In this document: positions 47,120 to 56,252 of the stretch, piece after piece
Layout: the number at the start of each line of letters is the position of its first letter
Position numbering within the stretch: the stretch's first letter is position 1
Made by a program: the position numbers and the translations under genes
Notes under the pieces: model-generated
Seen by the model: the letters and a program-made list of their open reading frames with translations, nothing else
Database searches by the model: none
What the model was told of the DNA's origin: nothing
DNA from: a virus
Direction: 5' to 3' (one strand)
IMG/VR virus record: IMGVR_UViG_3300027847_001705
Length of the DNA stretch: 64,000 nucleotides

Positions 47120-48547
47120 TTAAGAATATACGTTGACACCCGTTTTCTTAGTGAAGGCTTTAGCATCTTCTTTGGTGTTGACAATTGGTTCTCCTTTAAT
47201 ATTTAAAGACGTATTTAATAATACTGGACATTTTGTAATATCTTTCCAAATTTGTAATAACGTTTTATGAGGCTCGTGCGTAACTACTTGTAATCTAGAA
47301 GTTCCATCTAAATGAACAACTCCTGGATATTTAATTTTAAATTCTTCCGTTGCTTGAAGAGCACAACTCATATACGGCGAAAAAAATCCTCCATTAAAAT
47401 ATTTTGAAACATCTTCTTCTAATATCATTGGTGCAAAAGGTCTAAAAGGTTCTCTACCTTTTATTTCATTAATTTTATCTTTAATTTTAGGATCTCTTGG
47501 ATCCCCAAATAAAGTTCTATTACCTAAAGCTCTCGGCCCAAATTCACATCTACCATTGGCAACTCCAACCACTCTTTTAATCATTAATTCATCTATTATT
47601 TCTTGAAACGGAAACGGTCCTTGAATATCATAACCAAGATAAGGAGAAGGATCAATGTGGTTTCTTGTTCTTGCCAGAATGCATCCCACAGCAGAACCAG
47701 AGTCACCTGGATTAGATGGAATATGGATACGAGAAAAATAATCTGATAAAAATCTATTGGCACTAACATTTAAAGCACATCCTCCCACAAAAACTATATT
47801 ACCTGTTTCATTTAATTTATGAATACTAACTCTTTTTATTATGTCTCTAAAAATATCTTCATATACCGCTTGGGCGGCAGTAGGAACATCTTCAGGATAA
47901 ACTTCTGGTCTTTTTGTCCATTCTTCTAATTTGAGTAAACCTTTATGCCAGTTCGTTCCATTATTCCAGAGTTCAAATATTCTTTTATAAACTGGCTCAT
48001 ATGGATACATCTGTCGGGCCGCGGCTCCCATCATAATATATTCTTCTTCATTAGGTTTCCATCCAGCATATTGAGTTAATGCTGAATACATCAAACCTAA
48101 AGATTTAGGATATTTCCAATTCCATAACTTCTTTAACTTTTTACCTTTGGCTTTCCATACGGTCAATGTCTCCCATTCTCCTATCGCATCAATAACCAAA
48201 ACCATAGTATTATCAAAGGGAGAAGTATAATAACCATACGCTGCATGAGATAAATGATGTGAAGTATATTTCAGTTTATGATTATAAGGAAACTCTGGTG
48301 GTTTATAAAATGGTTTTTGTCCGGCATACCAACGTCGCGACGTTTTTACAAATGGATTTTCATAAAAATAAACTTTGGATGGTTCCCCATATTCTTCTAA
48401 AACATAATCAAGAAGTTCCTTAGGAATATTTGGATCATTTTTCTTTCTGGAAAATCTTTCCGCATCAGTTGCAAATACTATATCTCCATCATGATATACT
48501 GCTAGAGCACCATCATGTGAACCACAAGTTAATCCCCAATAAATCAT
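47120..48547 (-). CDS. O-carbamoyltransferase (NodU/CmcH/TobZ family)
   Basis: HDGALA, HHLSHA, DAIGE, GGCALN, EFGPRALGNR, RPFAP, HLDGTSR, LNTSLN motifs. Confidence 0.93.
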   Translation of the reverse strand: MIYWGLTCGSHDGALAVYHDGDIVFATDAERFSRKKNDPNIPKELLDYVLEEYGEPSKVYFYENPFVKTSRRWYAGQKPFYKPPEFPYNHKLKYTSHHLSHAAYGYYTSPFDNTMVLVIDAIGEWETLTVWKAKGKKLKKLWNWKYPKSLGLMYSALTQYAGWKPNEEEYIMMGAAARQMYPYEPVYKRIFELWNNGTNWHKGLLKLEEWTKRPEVYPEDVPTAAQAVYEDIFRDIIKRVSIHKLNETGNIVFVGGCALNVSANRFLSDYFSRIHIPSNPGDSGSAVGCILARTRNHIDPSPYLGYDIQGPFPFQEIIDELMIKRVVGVANGRCEFGPRALGNRTLFGDPRDPKIKDKINEIKGREPFRPFAPMILEEDVSKYFNGGFFSPYMSCALQATEEFKIKYPGVVHLDGTSRLQVVTHEPHKTLLQIWKDITKCPVLLNTSLNIKGEPIVNTKEDAKAFTKKTGVNVYS

Positions 48548-49221
48548 ATTAAATTCTTTTCAAAAATTATATCTTCAACACTTTCGTTATTAAACTTCCT
48601 CTTTATATATGTTGATAATATTTCATGATTAGATTCGCAAAAATGATTTGATCTCTGGTCTCTAAATTCAGGATCATAATCATTTATAATTTCACCTCTG
48701 GAAGCATCCATCAATATTATATCGACTATTTCGAATTTATCAATTGCTTGTATTTCAAGGGTTGCATAATTATTACGATTGCGCGATGTAGAAAAATATA
48801 ATACTTTTTCATATTGATCGGACAAAGCTTTTAGAACGCATCTTGCTTTTGTTGCCTTATGATAATCTTTATAGTTGTTATGAAAGTGTTTAACAAATTG
48901 CTTATGTTTATGAACATATTTCATACCAGGTTCAGAAAGCCATTTATCATTTTCCCAATCATGGCCCCACATTACAGCAGCATCATGTCTTGGGGTTTTT
49001 AAAAATTCAAAATGAAATCGGCGAGGTATGGATTCTATAAAAATTATTTTACCAGATCTTTCCGCATGGCCATTAATAAAATTATCTAAAGACCAATCTA
49101 TACTTGATCCAGCTAATCCGTAAATAAAAGTTGGTTCCCCGAGATTATTATACCATCTTTTACTTTGATCTAATTGACCGCTACAAGGATCACAATATGA
49201 ATCACCGAATACGTGTATCAT
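48544..49221 (-). CDS. SGNH/GDSL-like hypothetical protein
   Basis: FGDSY start, GSS, C-terminal NHF. Confidence 0.55.
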   Translation of the reverse strand: MIHVFGDSYCDPCSGQLDQSKRWYNNLGEPTFIYGLAGSSIDWSLDNFINGHAERSGKIIFIESIPRRFHFEFLKTPRHDAAVMWGHDWENDKWLSEPGMKYVHKHKQFVKHFHNNYKDYHKATKARCVLKALSDQYEKVLYFSTSRNRNNYATLEIQAIDKFEIVDIILMDASRGEIINDYDPEFRDQRSNHFCESNHEILSTYIKRKFNNESVEDIIFEKNLI

Positions 49222-49930
49222 GAACTTTAAAGTGTGAGCTATCTTGTTCGTGGTTTCCGGTATTCATATCATATGATAAATCAATACCTGTAAATAAACT
49301 CATACCATCAACAAATGGTTTATTTCTAACATGGAGCCTATAAGACCAATCAGTTCTGGTCCATCTATACATATCCCAATTTTCTTTTTGAGGTGGAGCA
49401 AGATCAAAGATCCATTTCTTATCATTAATATGTATTATATGTAATCTAAATTTGCGCAACGGTACAGATTTATTATATACCTTATGTTGCCAATTACCTA
49501 TTTCTGTAGAAACTGCTGAATAGAATAATTCAGATGGTGGTTTATATATTTTCTCAAATCTTATAGTAGGAAATTCATCTGGATGATATTGGGTTACTAC
49601 ATTATCTTCTTCAACATAAATCGTTGATTTATCGTATTCGCAAACATCTATGCACCAACCTTTTCCTTTAAAAGGATCGCTTCTTATCCATCTTTCTTCA
49701 TTTCGCCATATTACATCGAAAGGTTTAAAAAAATATGCTTGGTCGGGTATACCTAGTTTATTTCTAGGTGGATGTTCTTCATCAAAAACATTATCACTTC
49801 TAAGGTCGGGTATGTTCCAAGAAAAATCAAATAATAATTTTCTGGGTTTATCTTTCCAATAATTATAAGCCGCTTCAGTTAATTCCCAGGTTGATACTGT
49901 GCCGCCTGGACCGCTAAGAAAAATTTCCAT
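49202..49930 (-). CDS. Hypothetical protein
   Basis: 242-aa ORF, Trp/Tyr-rich. Confidence 0.5.
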   Translation of the reverse strand: MEIFLSGPGGTVSTWELTEAAYNYWKDKPRKLLFDFSWNIPDLRSDNVFDEEHPPRNKLGIPDQAYFFKPFDVIWRNEERWIRSDPFKGKGWCIDVCEYDKSTIYVEEDNVVTQYHPDEFPTIRFEKIYKPPSELFYSAVSTEIGNWQHKVYNKSVPLRKFRLHIIHINDKKWIFDLAPPQKENWDMYRWTRTDWSYRLHVRNKPFVDGMSLFTGIDLSYDMNTGNHEQDSSHFKVHDTRIR

Positions 49931-50236
49931 TTAATTTAAAAAATAACTTTCTACATTATCGTCATGACATTCAGGAGACAGTTCTGCCATTTTTTCAATT
50001 ATAGCATGAAGATTATCTACATCTTCATCACCTTGTGGATAAAATTGAGATGATATATATCCATTTTCTTGAAAGTATTGTTTCACTTCTCTAAGCTCAT
50101 GTAATTCGAACACAGTTCTATCCACACACAATTTACCATCTACAATAGAAATAAAAGCTTCTGCGAGCGGGAGTGAGTCATTCATATCTATATTTAGATC
50201 TTTCATTTTTAATTGCCCTATATCTTTGATATTCAT
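49931..50236 (-). CDS. Hypothetical protein (likely start 50185)
   Basis: ORF in operon. Confidence 0.45.
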   Translation of the reverse strand: MNIKDIGQLKMKDLNIDMNDSLPLAEAFISIVDGKLCVDRTVFELHELREVKQYFQENGYISSQFYPQGDEDVDNLHAIIEKMAELSPECHDDNVESYFLN

Positions 50237-50804
50237 TATTTAATATAATCTCATCAACTTTATTTCTATTTAAACCTATTATATTATTTTTAGAAAATTT
50301 TCCCGGATTACCATACCATAATCCGCCTGGCACAACAGTTTGTTTACTTGTTATAATTGTTCCCATTCCAAACATACAATAAGAACCTAGAGTTTGATAT
50401 TGATGAATAACAGTTCCAAAACCTAATTGACATCCTTTCATTATATAAACATGACCACCCAACACTACGTTGTTGGTAAAAGTAACATCATCTTCTATAA
50501 CACAATCATGGCCTACATGAGAAAGAACCATTAAGTAACAATTATTTCCTATGATCGTTTTTTTAGACCATCTAGTAGGTAAATTTATTGTTGTATATTC
50601 TCTAATAATATTATTATCACCTATAATAATTTCTCCAACAGAATCTTCATTTCGATGTTGTGCGTCTGTACCAATACAAACTCCCGGCCCTATTTCATTA
50701 CCAGAACCTATAGAAACTCTTTCCCAATTTATTACTGCTGATTCATGTATCTTATTTCCCTCTCCATCATCATGCCATTGTTGTGTAAATCCATTTAAAC
50801 TCAT
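50178..50804 (-). CDS. LpxA-like hexapeptide-repeat acyltransferase
   Basis: Left-handed beta-helix repeats; IREYTTI, HVGHDC, LGGHV, IHQ motifs. Confidence 0.8.
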   Translation of the reverse strand: MSLNGFTQQWHDDGEGNKIHESAVINWERVSIGSGNEIGPGVCIGTDAQHRNEDSVGEIIIGDNNIIREYTTINLPTRWSKKTIIGNNCYLMVLSHVGHDCVIEDDVTFTNNVVLGGHVYIMKGCQLGFGTVIHQYQTLGSYCMFGMGTIITSKQTVVPGGLWYGNPGKFSKNNIIGLNRNKVDEIILNNEYQRYRAIKNERSKYRYE

Positions 50805-50828
50805 TTCGTTCCTTTTACATATAAGGGT

Positions 50829-51548
50829 TCATATCCAATTTTTTAATAATTCTATGTTAAAACTTTTATTATAAAGTTGTTGTATTTTGGGTATACCATG
50901 AAAATATACGATACTTGTAGTTTTCAAAAGTATCGGGGATTTCATTATATGCATTTTATAACTATGAATTCTATCAGGGAATCCAATATCTATTCTGGGA
51001 ACTTTTCCATCTGCATTAAATAACTTCCTCATCATCGCTAATTCTGATGGTGTATTCCATGGCGGCAAAGTACACTCTTTCAGTACCCATTCTTTTTGGT
51101 TTGTCCAAACATTCCAGATATCATTTACTGTTTTATTACTAACAATACTAATAGCATTACATACTTCATCTTTCTTTATTATTCCTATTCCGGACATTGG
51201 ATCTGTGACAAGACCAACATCTAAAGGGAAAGAAAGAATATCATCTATATTAGAACAAATGATAGTATCCAGACCAATAGTCATTCTACGATTTGTTGTA
51301 ATATCTGGTCTATAAAATTCTGCTAAGAGGGACCAACCTGGAACAGTTGGATCTAAGAAGGGGATTGGTTTAATTGGTTCTTTAAAATTATAATCTTCGT
51401 CAACTAAACAAAACAATTCCCAATCAATTGTGATATTCCTTTTTAACCCCCGATATAATTTATCTACCCATTCAGGGGAATAAATGTCTACTGAATGAGG
51501 CAAGCCTCTTCCGGTTCCTTTAAAGAGACCACATATGATTGAAATCAC
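50829..51548 (-). CDS. Glycosyltransferase-like protein (GT-A)
   Basis: Y.PEWVDKLYRGLKRN, GLDTII, VYFHGIPK motifs. Confidence 0.65.
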   Translation of the reverse strand: MISIICGLFKGTGRGLPHSVDIYSPEWVDKLYRGLKRNITIDWELFCLVDEDYNFKEPIKPIPFLDPTVPGWSLLAEFYRPDITTNRRMTIGLDTIICSNIDDILSFPLDVGLVTDPMSGIGIIKKDEVCNAISIVSNKTVNDIWNVWTNQKEWVLKECTLPPWNTPSELAMMRKLFNADGKVPRIDIGFPDRIHSYKMHIMKSPILLKTTSIVYFHGIPKIQQLYNKSFNIELLKNWI

Positions 51549-51787
51549 GTTCCGTTAAAATGTTCTACTAGATCATTATAATCACCGACAAATTCTCCAT
51601 TTAAAATTATCTGGGGAACTTTTTTACTGTGAGTGACTTGCATTAAATTCCAAAAAAACTTTTTATCGCTATCTATAATTGTATATTTAATACCTTTTTG
51701 ATCTAATAAGTCTTTTGATTTATCACACCAATCACATTCGGGAACTGATTGATGTCTCACTAGAACATTATTTAATTCTATATTCAT
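51545..51787 (-). CDS. nrdC: Glutaredoxin
   Basis: CDWC active site, VPQI, GEFVGDY. Confidence 0.9.
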   Translation of the reverse strand: MNIELNNVLVRHQSVPECDWCDKSKDLLDQKGIKYTIIDSDKKFFWNLMQVTHSKKVPQIILNGEFVGDYNDLVEHFNGT

Positions 51788-51811
51788 TATTTTATACTTC
51801 TTTTATATATA

Positions 51812-51836
51812 AACCCGGACAATATCCGTCCGGGTT
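51812..51836 (-). terminator. Hairpin, likely terminator
   Basis: AACCCGGAC-N7-GTCCGGGTT just after the 51863 stop. Confidence 0.65.
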
Positions 51837-51862
51837 ATACTGTCAACCTGATGAATTGGCTA

Positions 51863-53245
51863 CTAAGAATACATATCTCTCTTCGTCTTTCTTAATCTCT
51901 TATCACGGGAATCTTGGCTTTCGGGCTTGGGCGACTTTTCGCCGGCTGCCGCACTGAATTTTGTGGCTTGTTTCTCTCTCTTCTCTGCCCTCTTCTTCGT
52001 CCACTTTTCCCTTTCTGTACTTCCTCCGTCATGCGCTGCCAAATCATGGTAGTCTTTTTGTTTCTCCATATCTTTGTGAGCTGTACTTGCGGCTCGCTTT
52101 AAAAGATCAGTTGAAAGTTCAGTGACAACACCTTTACGTTGCCCACTTAAATGTGCTGCTACTTGTGCAACGAAAGAATCTTCAGGAAGTTCTACATTTG
52201 AACTTGCTTCACCTGGATCAAAGGAATTTGATACATAGTGACCTTGGTTCTGGTCGTCTGGGTTATCGCGCCAGTCGGTATGTCTCTGCTGATCGCTTTT
52301 CTGACCCATTTTACCTGCAGCCTTTGCGGCACCACCTTTTTTGCTACCCTTCTTGTCAAAGTCTTTTTTATCACGATAGGCATCAAATTTGTCAGTTTGT
52401 CTTTTTCGCTTAGCGTCTGATTGTGCTGTTTTGGTTGTTCCTAGCGTTGGTTTCTGGGAGCTTGGATTATCGCGGATATCATTATAAGCTTTTTGTGATG
52501 CCCTATCAGCAGTTGCTGAACTTATTTCATCGACAGGTTCTACTGCTTCAGTTTTTTTTTCAGGAGGAATACCCTGTCGAACTTGACCATACTTCTTTGC
52601 CATTGCTCGATTTTTAGCTAACGCTTTTTCATTCGCTTCTGGATCACCAGTGACCCCTTCGTTCTTGTTACCGGTGGCTTTATTCACTAATGAACCAACC
52701 GCATTCTTTACTCTTTGTACCGTGGATTTTTTACCTTGCTGCATATGCATATAAGAATCATAACCTTTGGACTGGGCCTCTTTGTGCCTTTCATTGTCTG
52801 CTTCCTTGCGCCTTTTTTGGAATGCATCATCCTTGTCAAAGGCACTCATGTCTTCTTTCTTCATAAACTGAGGCGGAACTTTACCTTTTTTGGGTTTGTC
52901 ATCATCGTCATCGTCATCGTCATCATCTGAATCATCATCCGAATCATCGTCATCTGAATCATCGTCATCTGAATCATCGTCGTCATCATCTTTATCTTTT
53001 CCTTTTAGAAACTGAGGTGGGATTTTTCCTTCATCGGTTTCTTCTTCATCTTCAGCAAATAATGTTTGAGAAATTTTATGCTTTTCTTCTTCAATAGTTT
53101 CGACTACTTTATCTTCAATAATCGAATTAAACTTCTCATTAGCCGCGTGCAACTCACCGGTAAGGATCAACTCTACCAATTCTTCCGCGGGAGCTTTCAC
53201 TGTATTTTCATCATTTAATTCTTCTGTTCCTTCTACTTCCGACAT
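51863..53245 (-). CDS. Internal head/prohead core-like protein (gp67-like N-terminus, Asp tract, basic modules)
   Basis: A...F..I..DK....IEEEK..I...LF N-terminal pattern; poly-Asp tract; twin late promoters upstream. Confidence 0.55.
   Translation of the reverse strand: MSEVEGTEELNDENTVKAPAEELVELILTGELHAANEKFNSIIEDKVVETIEEEKHKISQTLFAEDEEETDEGKIPPQFLKGKDKDDDDDDSDDDDSDDDDSDDDSDDDDDDDDDDKPKKGKVPPQFMKKEDMSAFDKDDAFQKRRKEADNERHKEAQSKGYDSYMHMQQGKKSTVQRVKNAVGSLVNKATGNKNEGVTGDPEANEKALAKNRAMAKKYGQVRQGIPPEKKTEAVEPVDEISSATADRASQKAYNDIRDNPSSQKPTLGTTKTAQSDAKRKRQTDKFDAYRDKKDFDKKGSKKGGAAKAAGKMGQKSDQQRHTDWRDNPDDQNQGHYVSNSFDPGEASSNVELPEDSFVAQVAAHLSGQRKGVVTELSTDLLKRAASTAHKDMEKQKDYHDLAAHDGGSTEREKWTKKRAEKREKQATKFSAAAGEKSPKPESQDSRDKRLRKTKRDMYS
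52860..53030 (-). repeat. Asp/Ser codon microrepeat flanked by duplicated GK(I/V)PPQF motifs
   Basis: DDDDS-type repeats between GKIPPQFLK and GKVPPQFMK. Confidence 0.85.
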
Positions 53246-53284
53246 TGTTACACTCCGTTAAATATTTGTCAGTTATAATCTGGT

Positions 53285-53304
53285 TATTTATAGATATATT
53301 TATA
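53285..53304 (-). promoter_or_regulatory. Tandem T4-type late promoters
   Basis: TATAAATA at 53285-53292 and 53297-53304. Confidence 0.75.
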
Positions 53305-53307
53305 CAT

Positions 53308-53670
53308 TTAGTAATCTACAATTTTATCTGCTATGGGAAACCATGCTTCCGAATTATAAGATTTATCACAAATATACATATCAAAGAAAGGTTTGCCGCC
53401 TATAACAAGAGAATGAAACTTGGCGCCCCATTCCTGTAATTGTTTTTCTGTATCATTATACCAATATTGTGGATCGTTTTTATATGAATCGCCACCTCTA
53501 CCAGACCAATATACAATCTCATGTCCTTGATCATAAAGACTATTTACTATTTGAATTCGATCCGGATATGGTTTCATATCTAGATACGTTAAAGTATCAT
53601 CTTTCTTTTCTTTCCTAACATCTTCACGATTGGTACAAATAGTACCATCTATATCAAAAGCATATCTCAT
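53308..53670 (-). CDS. Small HAD phosphatase
   Basis: FDIDGTI, WSGR, GGKP, YICDKS motifs. Confidence 0.85.
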   Translation of the reverse strand: MRYAFDIDGTICTNREDVRKEKKDDTLTYLDMKPYPDRIQIVNSLYDQGHEIVYWSGRGGDSYKNDPQYWYNDTEKQLQEWGAKFHSLVIGGKPFFDMYICDKSYNSEAWFPIADKIVDY

Positions 53671-54254
53671 GACATTTTCATCTCTTGTACTGTATCACAC
53701 AATCCCAATTTCTTAGCTTGTTCTGCTTCCAGCCAAACATCATGTGGTGGAAGCAACTTTTCACGAATCACCTTTTCAGACAATCCAGTACATTTTTTGT
53801 AATGTGCCAACAACCGCTTTGTAGTTAAATCAAATTCTTTTACTGTCGCAAACAACTCATGTTCTTTTCCAAACGATCCCCACGTATATTGATGAGATAA
53901 AATCGACGTATTTGGTGTAAGAATTCGTTTACCTCTGGTTCCAGTAATAAACATCAACAAACCACACGATGCAATCATCCCCATTCCGATTGTACGTATC
54001 GGAATTTTAGAACCCATCATAACATCTAGAAGAGCAAAACATGCATTCAAATCACCACCAGGAGAACAAATCCCCAAAGTCAATTCTTTGTGTTGTTTTT
54101 CTTTAACAAAATTGGCTGCAATAATCCAATTAATTATTGGACTCATTGTTTCCATTGAGACTTCACCCATGAATATGTGAAACCCTTTTTGAAATAATTC
54201 TGCATCTGGTGCTTCTGTACTTTGTGGCTTTTGCCCCTTTTCCTCATCTGTCAT
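53667..54254 (-). CDS. clpP: ClpP-like ATP-dependent protease subunit
   Basis: CSPGGD, IASCG (catalytic Ser), SHQ (His), DVWLEAEQA..LGLCD. Confidence 0.88.
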   Translation of the reverse strand: MTDEEKGQKPQSTEAPDAELFQKGFHIFMGEVSMETMSPIINWIIAANFVKEKQHKELTLGICSPGGDLNACFALLDVMMGSKIPIRTIGMGMIASCGLLMFITGTRGKRILTPNTSILSHQYTWGSFGKEHELFATVKEFDLTTKRLLAHYKKCTGLSEKVIREKLLPPHDVWLEAEQAKKLGLCDTVQEMKMS

Positions 54255-54430
54255 TTTCTTTTCCTAACTCGCGTAAAGGTTGTCGTCCACCCCCCCTTTG
54301 TTCTTCTCTTTTGATTGGGATCGTGCAGACCTATTACTTGTCCATGATTATCATATCTAATTGTTAAAAAAGTTTCAAATTCATAATCTCTATATAGCAG
54401 CTGAGGTATAATCTTTTTTTCTTTAATTGA
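54251..54430 (-). CDS. 59-codon open frame without ATG start, in frame after the preceding TAA
   Basis: SIKEKKIIPQLLYRDY...RVRKRK; its TGA overlaps the clpP ATG. Confidence 0.35.
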   Translation of the reverse strand, partial: SIKEKKIIPQLLYRDYEFETFLTIRYDNHGQVIGLHDPNQKRRTKGGWTTTFTRVRKRK

Positions 54431-54589
54431 TTACCTTAAAATTTGATAAGGTGGCAATGGTCCATTTTCACTATCGCGTTCTGCTACTGTGGAATATTCA
54501 GTGCATCCACACTGAACGGTTGGCGAACATTCACATGGGTCGCAGCTACAATTGTCTTGTGAATCGCAATGTTCGTTTGTACAAGCCAT
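54431..54589 (-). CDS. Metallothionein-like Cys-rich peptide (52 aa; absent from ORF track)
   Basis: MACTNEHCDSQDNCSCDPCECSPTVQCGC..., 8 Cys and 1 His in 29 aa; AGGAG SD. Confidence 0.7.
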   Translation of the reverse strand: MACTNEHCDSQDNCSCDPCECSPTVQCGCTEYSTVAERDSENGPLPPYQILR

Positions 54590-54605
54590 AATTTTCTCCT
54601 ATATG

Positions 54606-54770
54606 TTAATCCCACAAATCTTTATCCCATTCTTTATTAAAATGTTCGTGGGTAATATGTTTATTAGTTTTCTTTGTTTTTTTACCAGCGTTATCTCTCG
54701 CCCTCATTCTGTAAGCGGCATCTCCACGTTCTAAAAAACTTGGACCGTTCCATATTTCTCTAAAACTCAT
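54606..54770 (-). CDS. Small basic hypothetical protein (54 aa)
   Basis: MSFREIWNG...NKEWDKDLWD; GAGAG SD; TATAAATA at 54788-54795. Confidence 0.5.
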   Translation of the reverse strand: MSFREIWNGPSFLERGDAAYRMRARDNAGKKTKKTNKHITHEHFNKEWDKDLWD

Positions 54771-54790
54771 TTTCTCTCTCACAAAGGTAT

Positions 54791-55024
54791 TTATATATCA
54801 TAACTTCCTTGTCTATGTAATTTTCGTTGATGAGAACACTTAAAACAAAGTTGGCCTGCTCCTTCAACGTAGCCGGCTCTAAAAGTTACATTATCTGTTT
54901 TCTTATATCGAGTAGCTGTTCCACAGCGAACGCAATATTCAGTTTCATCATTTTCTTCAACTAGTTTAAACGGTGCCTGCATAGGCATTCTAGTTGCGGT
55001 TATTTTTTCTTTTTTAATATCCAT
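54791..55024 (-). CDS. Small zinc-ribbon protein
   Basis: CVRC...YVEGAGQLCFKC. Confidence 0.6.
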   Translation of the reverse strand: MDIKKEKITATRMPMQAPFKLVEENDETEYCVRCGTATRYKKTDNVTFRAGYVEGAGQLCFKCSHQRKLHRQGSYDI

Positions 55025-55230
55025 TTCGTTGTACTCCCGTGCTGAATATAATCACATTTTTCGTCTAACTGTTTCATGGCTAAACCAAACGGACAAGGTA
55101 TTTCTGTATGGTAAGCACAAGATGTAATTAACAAAAAAATCACTGCGCCTAATGAAACCCGTGAGGTTGTCCCCAATGTTGTATGATAGCATTGACCCAT
55201 AGAATATATATTAAATTCTTCCATAACCAA
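55000..55230 (-). CDS. Hypothetical protein, possible lipoprotein
   Basis: Hydrophobic stretch ending LITSC; start uncertain. Confidence 0.4.
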   Translation of the reverse strand: MVMEEFNIYSMGQCYHTTLGTTSRVSLGAVIFLLITSCAYHTEIPCPFGLAMKQLDEKCDYIQHGSTTKWILKKKK

Positions 55231-55237
55231 ACTTCAA

Positions 55238-55513
55238 TCATTTATCCTCTTCTGTCAATGGTACACCCCTATAATCAAGAGATTCTTTTTTCATAACAAA
55301 AGATTTTTCTCTCACCATTGATTCAAAAACCTTCCATAATTTTTTCATTCTTGTTTCATGTAATTCGCTTAATCCAATTAAAACATTCGCAATATCATCT
55401 TCTGACATTTTGTCTGGGTCATCCATCATGCGACTAGTTATTGATTCCAGATCATCTTTCGTATTCCAGACTCTCATGATTTCTGCTTCTAGATTAAATC
55501 TATCGTATTCCAT
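55238..55513 (-). CDS. Conserved phage hypothetical protein
   Basis: DRFNLEAEIMRVW..KDDL start. Confidence 0.55.
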   Translation of the reverse strand: MEYDRFNLEAEIMRVWNTKDDLESITSRMMDDPDKMSEDDIANVLIGLSELHETRMKKLWKVFESMVREKSFVMKKESLDYRGVPLTEEDK

Positions 55514-56029
55514 TTAATTCCAAAGTCCGTTATAATATTTTCCGAACAACTTAAATCCTTTAGTTATCCGAGTTTGATATTTTTCCCTACCTTCTACATC
55601 ATATTCACGAGTATGATTTGGGCCATATACCATTTCAAACAGCGGCTCACCGTTGTCATCTTTCTTATCAGGAATCTCTTTAAAATCGACATCATTTTCT
55701 CCTGACGCAAATTCGTCTTCCCAATCTTCCAATTTAGATTGAAACGCGTGGATCATTTCATCCATTACATAATCCCAACGAATAAAATAATGTTTATCAG
55801 ATTCACCACCGTCCCAATGTTCTTTTATTTCTTCTTCTGTTGCCCGAAGAAACTTTGGTACATCTTCATTTTCTACAAAGGGCGCGCCTTGCTTAACTTC
55901 TTTGAGCCTCTTTAGTAGCGGCACAATAATATGTGCAAGTGTCACATCAACGTTCCAAGTATCGTAATCATGTATTTCAATTTTTTCTGCCCTATTTTTT
56001 CTGGCTGGGTTTCCGAGTCTCACAAACAT
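55514..56029 (-). CDS. Conserved phage hypothetical protein
   Basis: YDTWNVD.TLA.II.PLLK, RWDYVMDEMI.AF, GFKLFGKYY.GLW motifs. Confidence 0.6.
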   Translation of the reverse strand: MFVRLGNPARKNRAEKIEIHDYDTWNVDVTLAHIIVPLLKRLKEVKQGAPFVENEDVPKFLRATEEEIKEHWDGGESDKHYFIRWDYVMDEMIHAFQSKLEDWEDEFASGENDVDFKEIPDKKDDNGEPLFEMVYGPNHTREYDVEGREKYQTRITKGFKLFGKYYNGLWN

Positions 56030-56039
56030 ATTTTATTTT

Positions 56040-56252
56040 TTATGGAGGGTATACTAATCCTTTTTCTTCCATCTGAAAATTTAGTTCTTTCCGAACAAGT
56101 TCTAATACTCCTTCTCTGTCTTGTTCATATTTGATCTTGTTTTGGATAAATTGATCTATGTGCCAAACAAGTAATGCCCAATCCATACCTTTATCAGCCG
56201 CCTGAAATAGTTCTTCATCTTCTGGTAAATCAAATTCTAATATTGCTTTCAT
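56040..56252 (-). CDS. Hypothetical protein
   Basis: MKAILEFDLPED start. Confidence 0.55.
   Translation of the reverse strand: MKAILEFDLPEDEELFQAADKGMDWALLVWHIDQFIQNKIKYEQDREGVLELVRKELNFQMEEKGLVYPP

Noticed and set aside
52913-52990. Short tandem repeats as a CRISPR-like or VNTR regulatory array
   Set aside because: They are Asp/Ser codon repeats inside a CDS with no unique spacers
54606-54770. Apparent frameshifts in A-runs here and at 63890-63910
   Set aside because: Recounting the homopolymers shows both frames are continuous
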